Source: the human T2T-CHM13v2.0 reference genome, Homo sapiens. From it: a stretch of 64,000 nt of DNA. Shown in pieces: positions 61,901 to 64,000 of this stretch. The DNA is taken from positions 37,440,001 through 37,504,000 of the forward strand of contig CP068257.2 of the NCBI GenBank assembly GCA_009914755.4, in the 5' to 3' direction. Both the position numbers and the translations under genes were made by a program. How positions within the stretch are numbered: the stretch's first letter is position 1; each line of letters begins with the position of its first letter. The notes beneath the pieces are model-generated. The model searched no databases and was not told the DNA's origin. It saw only the letters and a program-made list of their open reading frames with translations.

Positions 61901-64000
61901 TTCCCTTGTAACGCGTGGCCCAGAGGAAGGGGCCGGCGTCGTTCTGCCACAGGGCTGTTCTGCCACAGGGCTGCTCCCCCAGGAAGCCCTAAATGTGCAG
62001 ACTGTGTGGGAGGAAACAGCCCCCTTGGATTACTGGGCTATAAAACTTCAAATGCATGAAGACTTTGGGTGGTGATCAAAACCCCAGCGCACCCCAGGAC
62101 CCCACCATGCAAAGCTCGCCCCACCAGATAGTCCCTGAAGGTCCTTGTTTCTCAATACACAGCCCCTGGCTGGGCCTCACATCGGCCCAGATCCTTCCTG
62201 GAGCTTTGGTTTTTCTTGAATCCTCAGCAGTCCCCACCCTGCTGCTGTTAGGACAGAACCGCCAAGTCAGGAGCAACAGATAAAAGGGCTTCCCCTGCCC
62301 TGGTCCCTGCGCTACAGTGTAGGCTGAGCCAGCCTCATGGCCTGTGCAGCATGTCAAAGACAGCATCCCCATTTCGCCCTGCCCTCCCCTCAGCACCACA
62401 AAATACACAAGGCCCAGAAGAGGAGTCCAAATGCCTTCTCGCTGTCCCATGTTCACACGGACGCTGCTTAAGGATTTAAGTACATCTCAGAACACAAGAA
62501 GCCATGAGTGAGACTCTTGCTTTGTTCAAAAAGCTGTGTGATGTCCACACAAAACGGAAAACAAGTACGGGCTGCCAGCTCCCTGACAGGGACCCCCTCC
62601 CCATCCACGGAGATAAAACAAGCAATCACAGAAGTGGCTGGACCTACGAGCCTCTTCATCAGCTGACAAAATAGCTCTGAGGAACCCAGGAGCGTCACTG
62701 GGTGTATTGGGCCATTCTTGCATTGCTATAAAGAAATACCTAAGGTTGCATCATTTATAAAGAAGAGGTTTAACTAGTTCCCGGTTCTGCAGGCTGTACA
62801 AGCATGGCGCAGGGCATCTGCTCAGCTTCTGGGGAGGCCTCAGGGAGCTTTTACTCATGGCAGAAGGCGAAGCAAGGGCAGGCATGTCACATGGCTAGAA
62901 CAGGAGCGAGAGAAAGAATGGAGGGGAGGTGTCGCACACTTTTAAACAACCAGATCTCCCAAGCACTCACTATCACGAGGACAAGACCAAGGGGATGGCA
63001 CTAAACCACTCATGAGAAATCCGCCCGCATGATCCAACCACCTCCCACCAAGCCCCGCCTCCGACAGTGGGGATTGCAATTCAACGCGAGATTTACAGGA
63101 GACGACATCCAAACTATTCTGCTGGGGGTGGTGTGCATAGCAGGGAAGGAAGGTAGCGTGGATGCAGATGTCCCAGCAGGGTCTCGGATGGGGTTGGAAA
63201 GGCCTGTTCTCTCCCCTAGGAGTAGCCAGGACAGACCAGGCCTGGATGGGACCTGGAAGACACCTCCTGGTTCCCATTACATTTGCATTGCTCAGCCAAA
63301 GACCACAGGCTGGGCAGGGACCTCAGGGTTCTCAGGACCCCATAAAAGAGAAGGCGGAGGAGGAAACAACCTCTGTGCACACCCACAGATGGGGCCTCGG
63401 CCAGCATCCAGGCCAGCCCCGCCATGGGGAGGCGGCTTCAGTGCCAGTCAGGGTGACTCCCAGCAGCTCTGGAGCCAGGCCCTGGTAGACCCCTGAGCAA
63501 AGGCTGCCCTCCCCGGCCCTACCCAGGGAAATGGGTGGAGGGTGGCTTCCCCACAGAGAGAAGTACCTGGAACAAAAAGGGATTGAGGGACAGGGGCTGT
63601 GGGCCCTGTACACACTAGAACCTGCTGTCTTCCTGAAACTCACCCGAGGGACCCCACATTAGGCCTAGTCTTTTACCCAATACCCAGGGAGACAATTCCA
63701 GCTACACCCCTCAATCATCCCAGCAGAATCACGGTCAAGCCCGCAGGGAGGTGACCAGGAGCACAGTCCCTAGTGAGAGGAAAGAGCCACAGAATCACCT
63801 TTTCCTGAGGAAACAGAACCAAGCTAGGGCAGCGAAAATCCATAGTGAACACGAGCGACGCCCCCAGTGCGAGAACAGAGGATTTGGGAAACACAAAGCA
63901 GAAGCAAACAGAAAGAAGAAACACTTGCTGATGCTAGATATGAAACAGAATTGATGAAATAAAGGACAGGAGGGATGGGCTAAGAAGCAGGACAGACCCA

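Overview
This window is not prokaryotic. It reads as primate, almost certainly human, nuclear genomic DNA, and most of it is interspersed repeats. It contains at least 18 Alu SINEs: 17 on the + strand, 1 on the − strand, and several with intact target-site duplications. There is a 5'-truncated L1PA-like LINE-1 whose ORF2 is broken into several frames (12978-15530), and a second, inverted L1 3' end lying tail-to-tail with it. Other repeats include older L1M 3' fragments, MIR SINE fragments, MLT1/MaLR-type LTR fragments and two related hAT DNA transposons. One hAT copy carries a perfect 8-bp target-site duplication and a remnant of the transposase C-terminal (hATC) domain; the other is an internally deleted derivative inserted into an MLT1 LTR. 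A palindromic MITE-like element is flanked by a TA duplication. Simple and tandem repeats include a perfect 4x39-bp VNTR, a 24/48-bp higher-order minisatellite, a ~440-bp polypurine (GGAA/GAAA)n tract, a ~140-bp (GGAGAA)n tract and (CA)n microsatellites. I cannot support any cellular protein-coding gene, rRNA, tRNA or CRISPR array. The ORF track is dominated by translations of repeats and low-complexity DNA. No novel biological system such as a defence island or operon is present. The most notable observations are structural: the extreme Alu orientation bias, possible promoter or orphan-CpG patches at ~27.4 kb and ~32.1-32.6 kb, candidate polymorphic VNTRs, potential H-DNA tracts, the inverted L1 pair, and the hAT and MITE copies with intact target-site duplications. 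Family names for several ancient repeats cannot be assigned without a RepeatMasker/Dfam search.
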